Source: Selenomonadaceae bacterium | GTDB lineage: Bacteria; Bacillota; Negativicutes; Selenomonadales; Selenomonadaceae | Length of the DNA stretch: 64,000 nt | Assembly: GCA_017515635.1 (NCBI GenBank) | Contig: JAFWFO010000001.1 | Span: forward strand, 1,162-65,161 | Reading direction: 5' to 3' | Part shown: piece by piece, positions 18,745 to 28,830 of the stretch | How the letters are laid out: the number at the start of each line of letters is the position of its first letter | Position numbering within the stretch: the first letter of the stretch is position 1 | The notes under the pieces: model-generated | Database searches by the model: none | What the model saw: only the letters and a program-made list of their open reading frames with translations | What the model was told of the DNA's origin: nothing | Position numbers and translations under genes: made by a program

Positions 18745-20742
18745 ATGAACGATAAATACACCTCGACAAAATTCATGGCGTTTTGCGTGGGCGCAATAAT
18801 TTTCAACCTCGGTGTCTCAAGACTCGTCAAATCATTGGTTGACACGCCGCTGTATCTTGACACGGGCGGCACAATTTTTATTTCGGCACTCGGCGGCGTC
18901 GCGCCCGGAATAATCGTCGGCTTTTTGACGAACGTGACCGCGTCAATTATAAATAACGTGATGACATTTCTTGCGGACAACTCGGACGCGATGATTACTC
19001 TGGATTTCACGGACGTTTATTTCAGTGCAGTCAACGCGTTAATCGCGATAATCACGTCGTATTTGGCTCATCGCGGTTATTACACCAGCTTCAAGAAAGT
19101 TTTAATAGCAATTCCCCAGACTGTCATCATAACGACGTTCGCGAATATGTCGATTGAATTTCTTTTGGGCTTCACGGATGAAAATTTATTCCTGAGCGCA
19201 CTGGAAACAAATTTTTTGCCGAATCTCGGACTTGAGACAATCGACAAAGGTTTAATGATTATCTCGGTTTATTTCGCGCTGAAACTCGTCCCGAAACAGC
19301 TCGGCAGAAATTTTCGTGCGTTCGGCAGACATCAAGCCAACTTGCCCGAAGAGGCGTTCAAAGAAGTTCGGAAAAGTATTTTTAATCTGGCGTCACTGCG
19401 CACGAAAATGATGCTCGCGTTGTTGGCGTTAATGCTCATCATTGCCGTTTCCGTGGCGGGTGTCGGCTACATGATTTACAAAGACTCGATTGTCAAAGAC
19501 CGCGTACGAATCGCCGACGGAATAACTTCAATGATTGTGAGCGAAATAAATCCCAATCTTGTTGATGATTACCTTGAACACGGACGCGACGTTGAAGGTT
19601 ACAACGACGTGGAGCGGAATCTTTATCGAATTCGCGCCGGCAATTCCGATATAAAATTTCTTTACGTCTACAGAATTTTGGAGGACGGCTGCCATGTTGT
19701 TTTCGATTTGGAAACGTCCGACGTGCCGGCTTCCGCGCCCGGTGAAATTCAAGAGTTTGACGAAGGTTTTCGAGCTTACCTGCCGGATTTGCTTGCAGGC
19801 AAACCCGTTCCGCCGATAATCACCGACGACACTTACGGAAATTTGCTGACGGTTTACAAGCCCGTTTACGATCACAACGGACGATGCGTCTGTTATGCGG
19901 CGGTTGATTTTTCAATGGGCGTGATTCACGACTACGGCAGGAGTTTCGCCGCTCAAATTACCGCGTTACTTGCCGGCATGTTCATTTTCATTTTCGTCTG
20001 CGTGCTTGTGTTTATCGAAAATAATCTTATCTTGCCGATTAATACAATGGCTTGGTGCGCCGAAAAATTTTCCTACAAAGACGAGCCGTCGCGCATGGAA
20101 AATGTTCGCTTAATCAGAAGTTTGGAGATTCAAACGGGCGACGAAATTGAACATTTGTACACGTCGCTGGTTAAATCGGCGGAAACGGACATGCAAAATT
20201 TCCACGACCTGCGCAAGGCCGAAATTAAAGTTGCCGTCATGGACGAATTGGCGCACACGGATTCGCTCACGAGCATAAAGAATAAAACTGCTTATGTGGA
20301 GCTGACGAAAAAAATCGACGAACAAATTGCCGAGGGCAGCGTCAAGCAATTTTGTATCGTGATGATTGACGTAAACTATCTCAAACGCGTCAACGACACT
20401 TACGGGCACGAGCGCGGCAACGAATATTTGATTAACGCTTGCAAACTTGCCGGTTCGATTTTCGGCATAGAAAATATTTTCCGCGTCGGCGGCGACGAAT
20501 TTGTTGCGGTGTTGACGGGCGACGCCGTTGACAAGTCAAAAAAAATGATTCAGCAAATCAACGAAGAGATCAAAAAGTTCAAAGCAAACAACGAACTTCA
20601 GCCGTGGGAAAAAGTTTCGGCGGCGGTCGGTGCGGGTTACTATCGCGAAGGCGTCGACAAAAATTGTGAAGAAGTTTTCAAGCGAGCGGATACTCAAATG
20701 TACAAAAATAAATTGGCAATGAAGGCAATGCGCACGGATTAA
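18745..20742 (+). CDS. membrane sensor diguanylate cyclase (GGDEF domain)
   Basis: Multiple N-terminal TM segments, an extracytoplasmic segment between TMs, and a C-terminal GGDEF domain (RVGGDEFVAVL). No RxxD I-site is seen 5 residues upstream. Confidence 0.85.
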   Translation: MNDKYTSTKFMAFCVGAIIFNLGVSRLVKSLVDTPLYLDTGGTIFISALGGVAPGIIVGFLTNVTASIINNVMTFLADNSDAMITLDFTDVYFSAVNALIAIITSYLAHRGYYTSFKKVLIAIPQTVIITTFANMSIEFLLGFTDENLFLSALETNFLPNLGLETIDKGLMIISVYFALKLVPKQLGRNFRAFGRHQANLPEEAFKEVRKSIFNLASLRTKMMLALLALMLIIAVSVAGVGYMIYKDSIVKDRVRIADGITSMIVSEINPNLVDDYLEHGRDVEGYNDVERNLYRIRAGNSDIKFLYVYRILEDGCHVVFDLETSDVPASAPGEIQEFDEGFRAYLPDLLAGKPVPPIITDDTYGNLLTVYKPVYDHNGRCVCYAAVDFSMGVIHDYGRSFAAQITALLAGMFIFIFVCVLVFIENNLILPINTMAWCAEKFSYKDEPSRMENVRLIRSLEIQTGDEIEHLYTSLVKSAETDMQNFHDLRKAEIKVAVMDELAHTDSLTSIKNKTAYVELTKKIDEQIAEGSVKQFCIVMIDVNYLKRVNDTYGHERGNEYLINACKLAGSIFGIENIFRVGGDEFVAVLTGDAVDKSKKMIQQINEEIKKFKANNELQPWEKVSAAVGAGYYREGVDKNCEEVFKRADTQMYKNKLAMKAMRTD

Positions 20743-20932
20743 CACAGGAAATTATGCGGAATTAAATTCGCGTCAACAATTCCAAATTCACATTCCAAAT
20801 TGCAGTTTCAGCGCACGGATCAACGCAAAAAGTTTTCGTGAACGCAATTTTTCGCTAAGCTTGACAAAGCAACTTTACAAATTATCAAACGCGGCGTAAA
20901 ATCCCTAGCTTTAGCTATAAGCTTTAACAAAC

Positions 20933-20961
20933 TTGCAAAATTCCTTTTTGAGTTCTATAAT
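20933..20961 (+). promoter_or_regulatory. sigma-70-type promoter TTGCAA-17nt-TATAAT
   Basis: -35 at 20933-20938, an exact 17-nt spacer, and a consensus -10 at 20956-20961. It lies about 365 nt upstream of the GntR ORF. Confidence 0.6.
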
Positions 20962-20967
20962 GTAAAA

Positions 20968-21327
20968 AAATTTTTAGTGAGAGGTGAGAATTAAAACTTG
21001 AATAGCGGATAAAGGTGTCAGGAAGACAACCCGGACAACCACCAAACAGGTGAGCTGTGGTCAAGAAGTCGCCACACCTCCGCAGGTTCGCCACACGCCA
21101 AGAGGGAGGGGCAAAGTTAAGGGTAAAATCGGCACTCCAGCGTTGGACAGACAGACCAAAAAGAAAAGTTCGCAAGAACACAGGGCGGGGCATCGTCCTG
21201 CGCAGGAGACCTTGTTAGTCTTCACTTTCATTAGAAGCATAGGTTGATGATAACGGAATCCCCCGACTTTAGCCGTGGGGAGTTTGTCAAAATTAATACA
21301 AAGTTTTAACAGAAAGGACGTTGCCTT
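20968..21327 (+). ncRNA. candidate structured RNA or long 5' leader of unknown class
   Basis: About 360 nt with no credible ORF, downstream of a near-consensus promoter. It is visibly more GC-rich than its flanks. It contains the repeated TCGCCACAC (21069, 21088), the palindrome CCTGCGCAGG and a possible long-range pair GAAGAC/GTCTTC. Confidence 0.35.
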
Positions 21328-22059
21328 ATGCAAATCGGCGATGTTGTTGAGAAAAATTTTTTGCGACCAATCGACAACACGTCGGTTGTACAACAGGTTA
21401 TCGACCGTTTGACTTACGCGATGATTTACAAAGAACTGCGCCCCGGTGACAAGTTGCCGACTGAAATGGAGCTTGCGGCAAGTTTCGGCGTCGGACGCAA
21501 TTCGATTCGCGAGGCGATAAAAATTTTGGTTTCGTTCGGCGTGCTCGACATTCGCCGCCCCGAAGGAACTTTCGTTGCAAACGGCTTTTCGGACAAAATG
21601 ATTAATCCGTTGCTCTACGGAATAATTCTCGATCAATCGGACTCAATCGATTCGCTGAAAGAACTGCGCGAGTGGGTTGACTTGGGCATTCTCGAATTGG
21701 CAATGGAAAAAGCCGCGCCCGAAGATATTTTTCAGCTCGAAGAACAACTGCAACGGCTGTTCCGGTCAATCGACGACGGAGATGCGGAAAAAGTTTTCCG
21801 TGCCGATGACGGTTTTCACGAAGCAATTTCAACCGCCGCGCATAATTCGTTGCTTGCACAAATCGCCAAACTTGTTCGGACGTTGACAAGCGAAATGCGC
21901 ATGAACACGACGCGCAACATGCTTACACTTGGCAAAGGCGACGAACTCAAAAAAGCGCACGAAAATTTATTTAACATTGTCGAGCGCAAAAACGACAATT
22001 CGGCGCGGAAACTTTTGGTCGAAGGTTATTTTTACAAGTACAACATCTTGCGTAAGTAA
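21328..22059 (+). CDS. GntR-family transcriptional regulator with FadR-type (FCD) C-terminal domain
   Basis: The winged-HTH signature LPTEMELAASFGVGRNSIREAIKILVSFGVLDIRRPEGTFV is followed by a helical C-domain. Confidence 0.88.
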   Translation: MQIGDVVEKNFLRPIDNTSVVQQVIDRLTYAMIYKELRPGDKLPTEMELAASFGVGRNSIREAIKILVSFGVLDIRRPEGTFVANGFSDKMINPLLYGIILDQSDSIDSLKELREWVDLGILELAMEKAAPEDIFQLEEQLQRLFRSIDDGDAEKVFRADDGFHEAISTAAHNSLLAQIAKLVRTLTSEMRMNTTRNMLTLGKGDELKKAHENLFNIVERKNDNSARKLLVEGYFYKYNILRK

Positions 22060-22070
22060 ATTTGAATTTC

Positions 22071-22105
22071 AAAACTCCTCTCGAACCGCGAGGGGAGTTT
22101 TTTTG
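22071..22105 (+). terminator. rho-independent terminator
   Basis: Stem CTCCTCTCG/CGAGGGGAG followed by a T7 run. Confidence 0.75.
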
Positions 22106-22142
22106 TGATATAATCGTCAAAAAATTTTATGGGGAAATCTTT

Positions 22143-25100
22143 ATGCATAAACTTTTGACGGAGGCTCTTCGCGACGAATTAATCAGAGACGCGACGAAAA
22201 AATTTTCGCGGCACGGAGAGTTTTTGATTTACGGCGTGGCAGGCACGCAAAAAGTTTTGGTCACGGCGACGGCCTGCGAACTTTATCCGCGTCCGACAAT
22301 AATTTTAGTCAGCGAACGCGAAAAAATTTCCGAGTGGCGCGACGATTTAAATGAATTTTTGCCCGAAGTCGAAGTCGTCGAACTTCCCGAACTTGATTTG
22401 GCGGAAGTGAACGCGTCAACTGTCGGCATTGAACGGCGGGCGCGACGTTTTGAAATTTTGGCACGACTTCTGCGCGGCGAAAAAATAATCGTGCTTGCGA
22501 CGGTAGCGGCGGCCGTCAAAAAAGATTTTTCGCGTGCGGATTTCTTAAAGTTTCAACTGCGCGTCGAAGTCGGACAGAAAATTTCGCTGGAAGATTTTTT
22601 ATCGCGGCTTGTCGGTTTCGGCTACGAGCGAAGCGATGAAGTCGACGCAATCGGGAAATTCGCAGTCAACGGCGGACTTGTCGATATTTTTCCGCTGAAC
22701 GAGTCGACACCGCTGCGCGTGGAATTTTTCGGCGACGAAATTGATTCAATCCGCTCAATCAGCTTGGAGACACGGCGCAGTTTGAAAAAATTTTCGTCGC
22801 TGACCGTTTTGCCGATAAAAAATTTCGCAACCGCAAGCGAACCATTTTTGACGTGCGCGGGCGAAGGCGGCACAATAATTTTCGACGAACCCGCAAGAAT
22901 TTTCGAAGCGATTCACCGATTGACAGTCGAAGATCCTTCGCTCAAGAAAAAAATTTTCACGTTCGAGCAACTTGTCAAAAGTTCACGCGCAGGCAGTTTG
23001 ATTCATCTGGAATTGATGCTGAAAAAAATTCGTTCGCTGGAGCCGTCTGAGAGTTTTGGAATCACGGCGGCAAACGTCACCAGTTTTCAGGGACAGACGA
23101 AATTTTTTCTGGACGAATTGGCGCATTTGCTTGAACTCGGACAAAAAATTTTCCTGTACTTCGCGAGTGAAGCAAAACTTCTCGGCATGGAAAAACTTTT
23201 GGCGGAAAATAATCTGCGCGGCATAAATTTGGAACTCGGCAACTTGAGCGACGGTTTTTCAATGTCGGGCGCAAAATTTATCGTCTTCACGGAGAAAAAT
23301 CTTTTCGGCATTGCGAGCAGGCGGCGGCGGGCAAGTCGATTTGAAAATTCGGGCGAAAAAATTCGTGCGTTCAGCGACATAAAGCCCGGCGATTACGTCG
23401 TCCACGTCGACAACGGCATCGGAAAATATCTCGGCGTCGAAACTTTGGATTTTAACGGCGTGCGAAAAGATTTTCTGCATATTAAATACAGCGGCGAAGA
23501 CAAATTATTTATTCCCGTCGAGCAAGTCGGCTTGTTGCAAAAATATATTTCGGATGACGGCACGGCTCCAAAACTTTCGCGACTCGGTTCCGGCGATTGG
23601 GCGCGTGCCAAGTCCAAAGCCGCTTCCGCCGTCGAAGACATTGCCGAAAAACTTTTGGAACTTTACGCCCGTCGCGAAAAGTCCGCAGGTTTTGCTTTCG
23701 CGCCCGACGACGCAAGTCAAGCCGAATTCGAGGACGCTTTTCCCTACGAAGAGACGCCCGACCAAATTCGCGCCGTTGCGGACGTGAAACGCGACATGGA
23801 ACGCCCGCGACCGATGGACAGGCTCGTTTGCGGCGACGTGGGCTTCGGCAAAACCGAAATCGCGATTCGTGCGGCGTACAAGGCGGCAATGAACGGCAAA
23901 CAATGCGCCGTGCTTGTCCCGACGACCGTTTTGGCTCAGCAACATTATCAAACTTTTTCGGAACGCTTTGCGGGATTTTTGCCGACCGTCGACGTTATCT
24001 GCCGTTTCCGCACGCCCAAAGAACAGCGAACCACCTTGCAAAAAGTCCGCGCAGGTCAAATCGACGTGTTAATCGGCACGCACGCAATTTTGTCGAAAAG
24101 AATTCAGTTCAAAGATTTGGGCTTGTTGATTATCGACGAAGAACAGCGATTCGGCGTCAAGCAGAAAGAAAAAATTCGCGAAATGAGCGTTGGCGTCGAC
24201 GTGCTGACACTTTCGGCGACACCGATTCCGCGAACGTTGCACATGAGCCTTGCCGGTGCTCGCGACATGAGTTTGATTGAAACTGCGCCGGCGGAAAGAT
24301 TTCCCGTGCAAACTTACATAATCGAGGACGACGACGAAATTATTTCGGAAGCGATTCGGCGCGAAATTCGGCGCGGCGGACAAATTTATTTCGTCTACAA
24401 CAAAATCGAGACGATAGACCTTATGCGCGACCGTTTGGCGAAAATCGTCCCCGAAGCCAAAATTCAAACGGCGCACGGGCGAATGTCGGCGGATTTTTTG
24501 GAAACTATCATGATGGATTTTTACGAAGGCACATTCAACGTGCTGTTGTCGACGACGATTATCGAGAGCGGGCTTGACGTTGCCAACGCGAATACGATTA
24601 TCGTTTACGACGCGGATAATTTTGGTTTGGCGCAACTTTATCAAATGCGCGGGCGTGTCGGGCGTTCGAGTCGGATGGCGTTTGCGTATTTCGTTCATCG
24701 TGTCGGACAAGTTTTGACCGAAACCGCCGAAAAACGATTAAATGCAATGCGCGAATTCGCTCAACTCGGCGCGGGCTTTAAAATTGCGATGAAAGACCTT
24801 GAAATTCGCGGCGCGGGAAATTTGTTGGGCGCGGAACAACACGGACACATTGCGGGCGTCGGTTTTGAAATGTATTGCCGACTTTTGGAAGATGCCGTCA
24901 ACAAACTGCAACACAAAGATTCGCCCGAAAAAATTTCCGAACCCGATCCGATAATTTCGTTGCCGATCGAAGCTTTTATCGACAGAAATTACATTTCAAA
25001 CGCCGCCGACAAGATTGAAATTTATCGGAGACTTTCCGCCATGCGCGAGGACGTTGAAGTTAAAGACCTGCGCGACGAATTGACTGACAGATTCGGAAAT

Positions 25101-25382
25101 ATTACTGAGCCCGTCGAAAATTTGTTACTCGTGGCGCGAATTAGGATTGCGGCGAAAAATTTGGATGTGAAGTCGATTCAGGAAAAAAATCTGCGCGTGG
25201 AAATTATTTTCGGCGACGTAAAAAAAATTTCGTCATACGGATTGATTCAGCTCGGAAAAATTTTCCGCAAAGATTTAAAGTTCGTCGAGAGTGCCCAACG
25301 ATTATTTTTGACGTTCCACACGAAAAAAAATCTCCTAAACAAAATTTTCAACGTGCTGAAAGGTTTGACGCGGCGCGCTTGA
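22143..25382 (+). CDS. mfd: transcription-repair coupling factor
   Basis: About 1080 aa. It has a UvrB-homology N-terminal region, an RNAP-interaction domain, an SF2 helicase (GDVGFGKTE, DEEQRFG) and a TRCF C-domain. ATG 22143 lies after the upstream terminator; the track ORF starts at 22062, inside the terminator. Confidence 0.95.
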   Translation: MHKLLTEALRDELIRDATKKFSRHGEFLIYGVAGTQKVLVTATACELYPRPTIILVSEREKISEWRDDLNEFLPEVEVVELPELDLAEVNASTVGIERRARRFEILARLLRGEKIIVLATVAAAVKKDFSRADFLKFQLRVEVGQKISLEDFLSRLVGFGYERSDEVDAIGKFAVNGGLVDIFPLNESTPLRVEFFGDEIDSIRSISLETRRSLKKFSSLTVLPIKNFATASEPFLTCAGEGGTIIFDEPARIFEAIHRLTVEDPSLKKKIFTFEQLVKSSRAGSLIHLELMLKKIRSLEPSESFGITAANVTSFQGQTKFFLDELAHLLELGQKIFLYFASEAKLLGMEKLLAENNLRGINLELGNLSDGFSMSGAKFIVFTEKNLFGIASRRRRASRFENSGEKIRAFSDIKPGDYVVHVDNGIGKYLGVETLDFNGVRKDFLHIKYSGEDKLFIPVEQVGLLQKYISDDGTAPKLSRLGSGDWARAKSKAASAVEDIAEKLLELYARREKSAGFAFAPDDASQAEFEDAFPYEETPDQIRAVADVKRDMERPRPMDRLVCGDVGFGKTEIAIRAAYKAAMNGKQCAVLVPTTVLAQQHYQTFSERFAGFLPTVDVICRFRTPKEQRTTLQKVRAGQIDVLIGTHAILSKRIQFKDLGLLIIDEEQRFGVKQKEKIREMSVGVDVLTLSATPIPRTLHMSLAGARDMSLIETAPAERFPVQTYIIEDDDEIISEAIRREIRRGGQIYFVYNKIETIDLMRDRLAKIVPEAKIQTAHGRMSADFLETIMMDFYEGTFNVLLSTTIIESGLDVANANTIIVYDADNFGLAQLYQMRGRVGRSSRMAFAYFVHRVGQVLTETAEKRLNAMREFAQLGAGFKIAMKDLEIRGAGNLLGAEQHGHIAGVGFEMYCRLLEDAVNKLQHKDSPEKISEPDPIISLPIEAFIDRNYISNAADKIEIYRRLSAMREDVEVKDLRDELTDRFGNITEPVENLLLVARIRIAAKNLDVKSIQEKNLRVEIIFGDVKKISSYGLIQLGKIFRKDLKFVESAQRLFLTFHTKKNLLNKIFNVLKGLTRRA

Positions 25383-25404
25383 ATTTCAAACCGATTTTGC
25401 AACG

Positions 25405-25435
25405 AAAAGCCCCGACGTTGTGTCGAGGCTTTTTA
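25405..25435 (+). terminator. rho-independent terminator
   Basis: AGCCCCGAC-loop-GTCGAGGCT followed by TTTTT. Confidence 0.7.
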
Positions 25436-25504
25436 TAATGTTTGCCGAAAAATTTTTGCTTGCCGATAAAATTTTTGCTAAACTGCCGGCAGGGAGATGA
25501 TTTT

Positions 25505-27406
25505 ATGGCGAACGATTACGATTTTGCGGCAAGCTTGATGCGAATTCTGTCGGAAAAGTATCCGACGAAAGAATCCATCTACGAAAAACTGATTTACTTG
25601 CAATCGCGGCTGTTTTTGCCGAAAGACACCGAACATTTCATGAGCGACCTGCACGGCGAATACGATTTATTTTTGCACATACTCAACAACTGTTCGGGCG
25701 TGATTCGCGAGAAAGTCGAATATATTTTCGGCGACTTGCTTGGCGAGGACGAAATTGGCGAGTTTTGCACGCTGATTTATTATCCGAAAGAAAAAATCGC
25801 GCAGATTAAATCGCAGGGGCGGGCAACTTCCGTTTGGTATCGAAAAAATCTTGCTCGGCTTGTGAAACTGTCGAAGTTCATGAGTTTTAAGTTTCCGTCG
25901 TTCAAAATGCGCGACCTGATTCCGAATCGCTACGAAACGGTGATTTTGGAGCTGTTAAACACGCACCCCGAAGACGACGAGGCGCAGAAAATTTATTACG
26001 AAAAACTTTTAAATTCTGTCGTCGAAGTCGGCGGCGCGGAAGATTTTATCACAGCGTTAAGCATGTTGATAAAAAATATGGCGGTTCACCGTCTGCATTT
26101 AGTCGGCGACTTTTTCGACCGTGGCGACCGTCCCGACGCGATTTTGAATTTGCTTTAGAATTATCCGGCCGAAATCGACATTCAATGGGGCAATCACGAC
26201 GTGGTTTGGATGGGAGCGGCTCTCGGCAGTGAAGTTTGTATCGCGACGGTTGTGCGGAATTCGTTGCACTACGACAACACGGACGTTCTTGAGCGCGGCT
26301 ACGGAATTTCACTGCGTCCCTTGACGATTTTTGCGTCGAAACTTTATCCGAATGAAAATCCGACACGCGCCGCCGAATTTGCGATGTTAATGATGATGTT
26401 CAAGCTTGAAGGGCAAATGATTCGCAGAAATCCCGATTTTAAAATGGACAGCCGACTTTTGCTAGACAAAATTAATTTCGACGACTTGACGGTTACAATC
26501 GGAGACAAAATTTGCAAGTTGACGCGTTCGGACTTCCCGACCGTCGACAAAAACGGCGACAGATACGCTTTGACGGACGACGAACAGAAAATTATTGACG
26601 ATCTGCGCGAAAATTTCTTGGAAAGTTCGCGACTTCAAGCGCACGTCGATTATTTATACAAAAAAGGCGGAGTTTACACCTGTCACAACGGAAATTTGCT
26701 TTTTCATGCGAACGTGCCTTTGACGGCGGACGGAGACTTCAAAAAAATTACTTTCGAGGGCAAAACGTTCAGCGGCAAAAATTATTTCGATTACGTGGAC
26801 GCCCGCGCCCGTCGCGCATATTTTGAACGCCAACAAAACGATTTGGACTTCATGTATTTTCTGTGGTGCGGAATTTTATCGCCGATAGCCGGCAGAGAGT
26901 TTCGGACATTTGAGCGCGCCTTCACGGACGACAAAGACGTTCAAAAGGAGCCTGCCGACGCGTACTATGATTTGATTAACGACGAAAAAATTTGCGACAA
27001 GATTTTGATTGAATTCGGGCTTGATACCGAGCGCGGGCACATTATCAACGGGCATGTTCCCGTTCGCGTGCGAAAAGGCGAAACTCCGATTAAAGCGGGC
27101 GGCAAGGCGTTGTTGATTGACGGAGGATTTTCGACGCCGTATCACGAACGCACGGGCATTTCGGGTTACACGCTGATTTCAAATTCTCGCGGCTTGAGAT
27201 TATTGCGTCATCAAAAAATTGCCGACGTGAAACTTGCGCTTGCTGAAAACAAAGACATTGAGTCGACGACAGAGACCGTCGAAATTTTGTCGCATCACAT
27301 GACAATCGGCGACACCGACCACGGGCAAGGCATTCGTCAAGAAATTGTCGGCTTGCACAAACTTTTGCAGGCATATCAACGCGGAACAATTCAGCCGAAA
27401 AATTGA
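25505..27406 (+). pseudogene. fbp: class 3 (Firmicutes-type) fructose-1,6-bisphosphatase interrupted by a single in-frame TAG at 26156-26158
   Basis: Both track ORFs (25442..26158 and 26201..27406) are in the same frame. The read-through sequence ..[45 protein letters not shown].. is colinear with intact class-3 FBPases. The metallophosphoesterase motifs GDxxDRG and GNHD fall on opposite sides of the stop. Confidence 0.85.
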
Positions 27407-27414
27407 CTGTTCAA

Positions 27415-27455
27415 TAAAAAATTACCGACAGGATAAAATCCCGTCGGTTTTTTGT
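27415..27455. terminator. bidirectional terminator between fbp and the TPR gene
   Basis: ACCGACAGG-loop-CCCGTCGGT, flanked by an A-run and a T-run. Confidence 0.7.
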
Positions 27456-27469
27456 TTCGGAACAAATTT

Positions 27470-28708
27470 TTATTTGCTCATTGCCTCAATGCAAAGTTGA
27501 CGAGTTTTCTTCGCACGTTCAAAATTTGGATTGAGTTCAAGAGCTTTGTCCAAACTTTTTATCGCTTGCCGGTAATCTTTCAGGAAATAATAAGCCGCGC
27601 CGCGATTGTTGTACGCCTCGGTATAATTCGGATTAAGCTGAATTGCTCTATCGAAATCTTTAACCGCCCGCTCGTATTGCTTGTTGTGGAAGTGAATAAT
27701 TCCGCGATTATTGTAAGCCAAAGCATAATTCGGGTTGATTTGAATTGCCTTGTCGAAATTTTGAAACGCTTGCTCATATTGCTGTTTATGCAAGTAAGCG
27801 TTGCCGCGATTGTAATATGCTTTGTCGAAATTCGGATTGAGTCGAATTGCTTCGTCGTAATCTTGAATCGCTCTATCGTATTGATTCAAATTGTCGTAAA
27901 CACTTCCGCGGTTATTGTACGCCAGAACATAATTCGGATTGAGTTCGATGGCCTTGTCATAATCTTGAATCGCCCGCTCGTATTGTCTCAAGTCGTCGTA
28001 AACGTTTCCGCGATTGTTATACGCTCCAAAATAATTCGGATTGATTTGAATTGCTTCGTCGTAAAGTTTCATCGCTCCGTTGTAATTTTTGGCGTAATAA
28101 AGTTTGTTGCCCGCGTCAAGTTTTTGCTCCGCTAAAAATTCACGGTCGGCGTCGTTTATCTGCTCGCGAATTTGATTTTTTTCGTCTTGAGATGTTGCGC
28201 TCCGATATTGTTCCTGCAAATTCTCGGCAAGCTCGTCATTTCTCTGAATCGCGTCTTGCAAGTCGTTATTCTGCCTCAGAATTGCAACTTTGTCTGTTTC
28301 GTCGCGGTTAATCCAATCGTAAATGCCGTCGGGGTCGATTTTCGCTTGAAGTGTCGCCGTATAAAGAATTGTCGTCTGACTGTCGCTGAGCGGAATAATT
28401 TTTTTGTCGAAGTTGACTTCGCCGATAATCTCGATGATATTGTTCGTGACCGCTGAAATTTCGTCTTCCGCAAGCTCAAGGTTGACGGTTTTTGAAAAAG
28501 TTTTGAGATAAACGCCGGCTTTTTTCTGAGCGTCGAGTTGAGCGCGTTGGCTTGCGCGAGACATTGCAATTTTTTGATTGTCGTCGTCGTTGGTGTGCCA
28601 TTCGCCTTTGCCGTCAAAAATTTGTACGGCCGCAACGCAAATCGTCGCCGAAATCACACACGCGACAATAAAAATCGCCGTCAACGCCCGTCGAAAAAAT
28701 TTTTTCAT
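27470..28708 (-). CDS. membrane-anchored tetratricopeptide-repeat protein
   Basis: N-terminal TM or signal segment, then a coiled segment. At least 7 tandem 34-aa TPR units follow (AIQ.NPNY..AYNNRG..Y..L.QY..AI.D.D.AI). ATG lies behind GAGGAGGTGA. Confidence 0.85.
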   Translation of the reverse strand: MKKFFRRALTAIFIVACVISATICVAAVQIFDGKGEWHTNDDDNQKIAMSRASQRAQLDAQKKAGVYLKTFSKTVNLELAEDEISAVTNNIIEIIGEVNFDKKIIPLSDSQTTILYTATLQAKIDPDGIYDWINRDETDKVAILRQNNDLQDAIQRNDELAENLQEQYRSATSQDEKNQIREQINDADREFLAEQKLDAGNKLYYAKNYNGAMKLYDEAIQINPNYFGAYNNRGNVYDDLRQYERAIQDYDKAIELNPNYVLAYNNRGSVYDNLNQYDRAIQDYDEAIRLNPNFDKAYYNRGNAYLHKQQYEQAFQNFDKAIQINPNYALAYNNRGIIHFHNKQYERAVKDFDRAIQLNPNYTEAYNNRGAAYYFLKDYRQAIKSLDKALELNPNFERAKKTRQLCIEAMSK

Positions 28709-28784
28709 GTCGTCACCTCCTCTCGACAAAAATATTTTCGACGCAAATGTCTTTCGTCACGTGAATAAAATTCCCTGCGCGGGC

Positions 28785-28820
28785 AAAAAAAATCCTCTGC
28801 CGTAAACTTTCGACAGAGGA
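28785..28820 (-). terminator. rho-independent terminator of the PRC-barrel gene
   Basis: Stem TCCTCTGxCG/CGxCAGAGGA, with a T-run on the minus strand. Confidence 0.7.
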
Positions 28821-28830
28821 TAATTGATTT

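Noticed and set aside
20968-21327. A possible cobalamin riboswitch. AAGAGGGA...GGGTAAAATC...CAGGAGACCTTG resembles the B12 box.
   Set aside because: The GCCACTG/ACTGT core is missing, the match to the B12 box is only partial, and the downstream gene is a GntR regulator rather than a cobalamin-related gene.
23505-24280. Long ORFs inside mfd: 23505..24059 (-), 23509..23889 (-) and 23597..24280 (+).
   Set aside because: They lie entirely within the strongly supported mfd frame. Their Arg-rich translations are characteristic of off-frame reading of this codon usage.
25442-27406. A frameshift as the explanation for the split FBPase.
   Set aside because: Both halves are in the same frame (26201-25442 is a multiple of 3), and the 14 codons between them translate to the expected [14 protein letters not shown]. 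The only lesion is the TAG.
27452-28135. A 227-aa plus-strand ORF opposite the TPR gene.
   Set aside because: It is a mirror image of the 34-aa TPR periodicity on the opposite strand. The minus-strand product has canonical TPR consensus and a signal/TM start.
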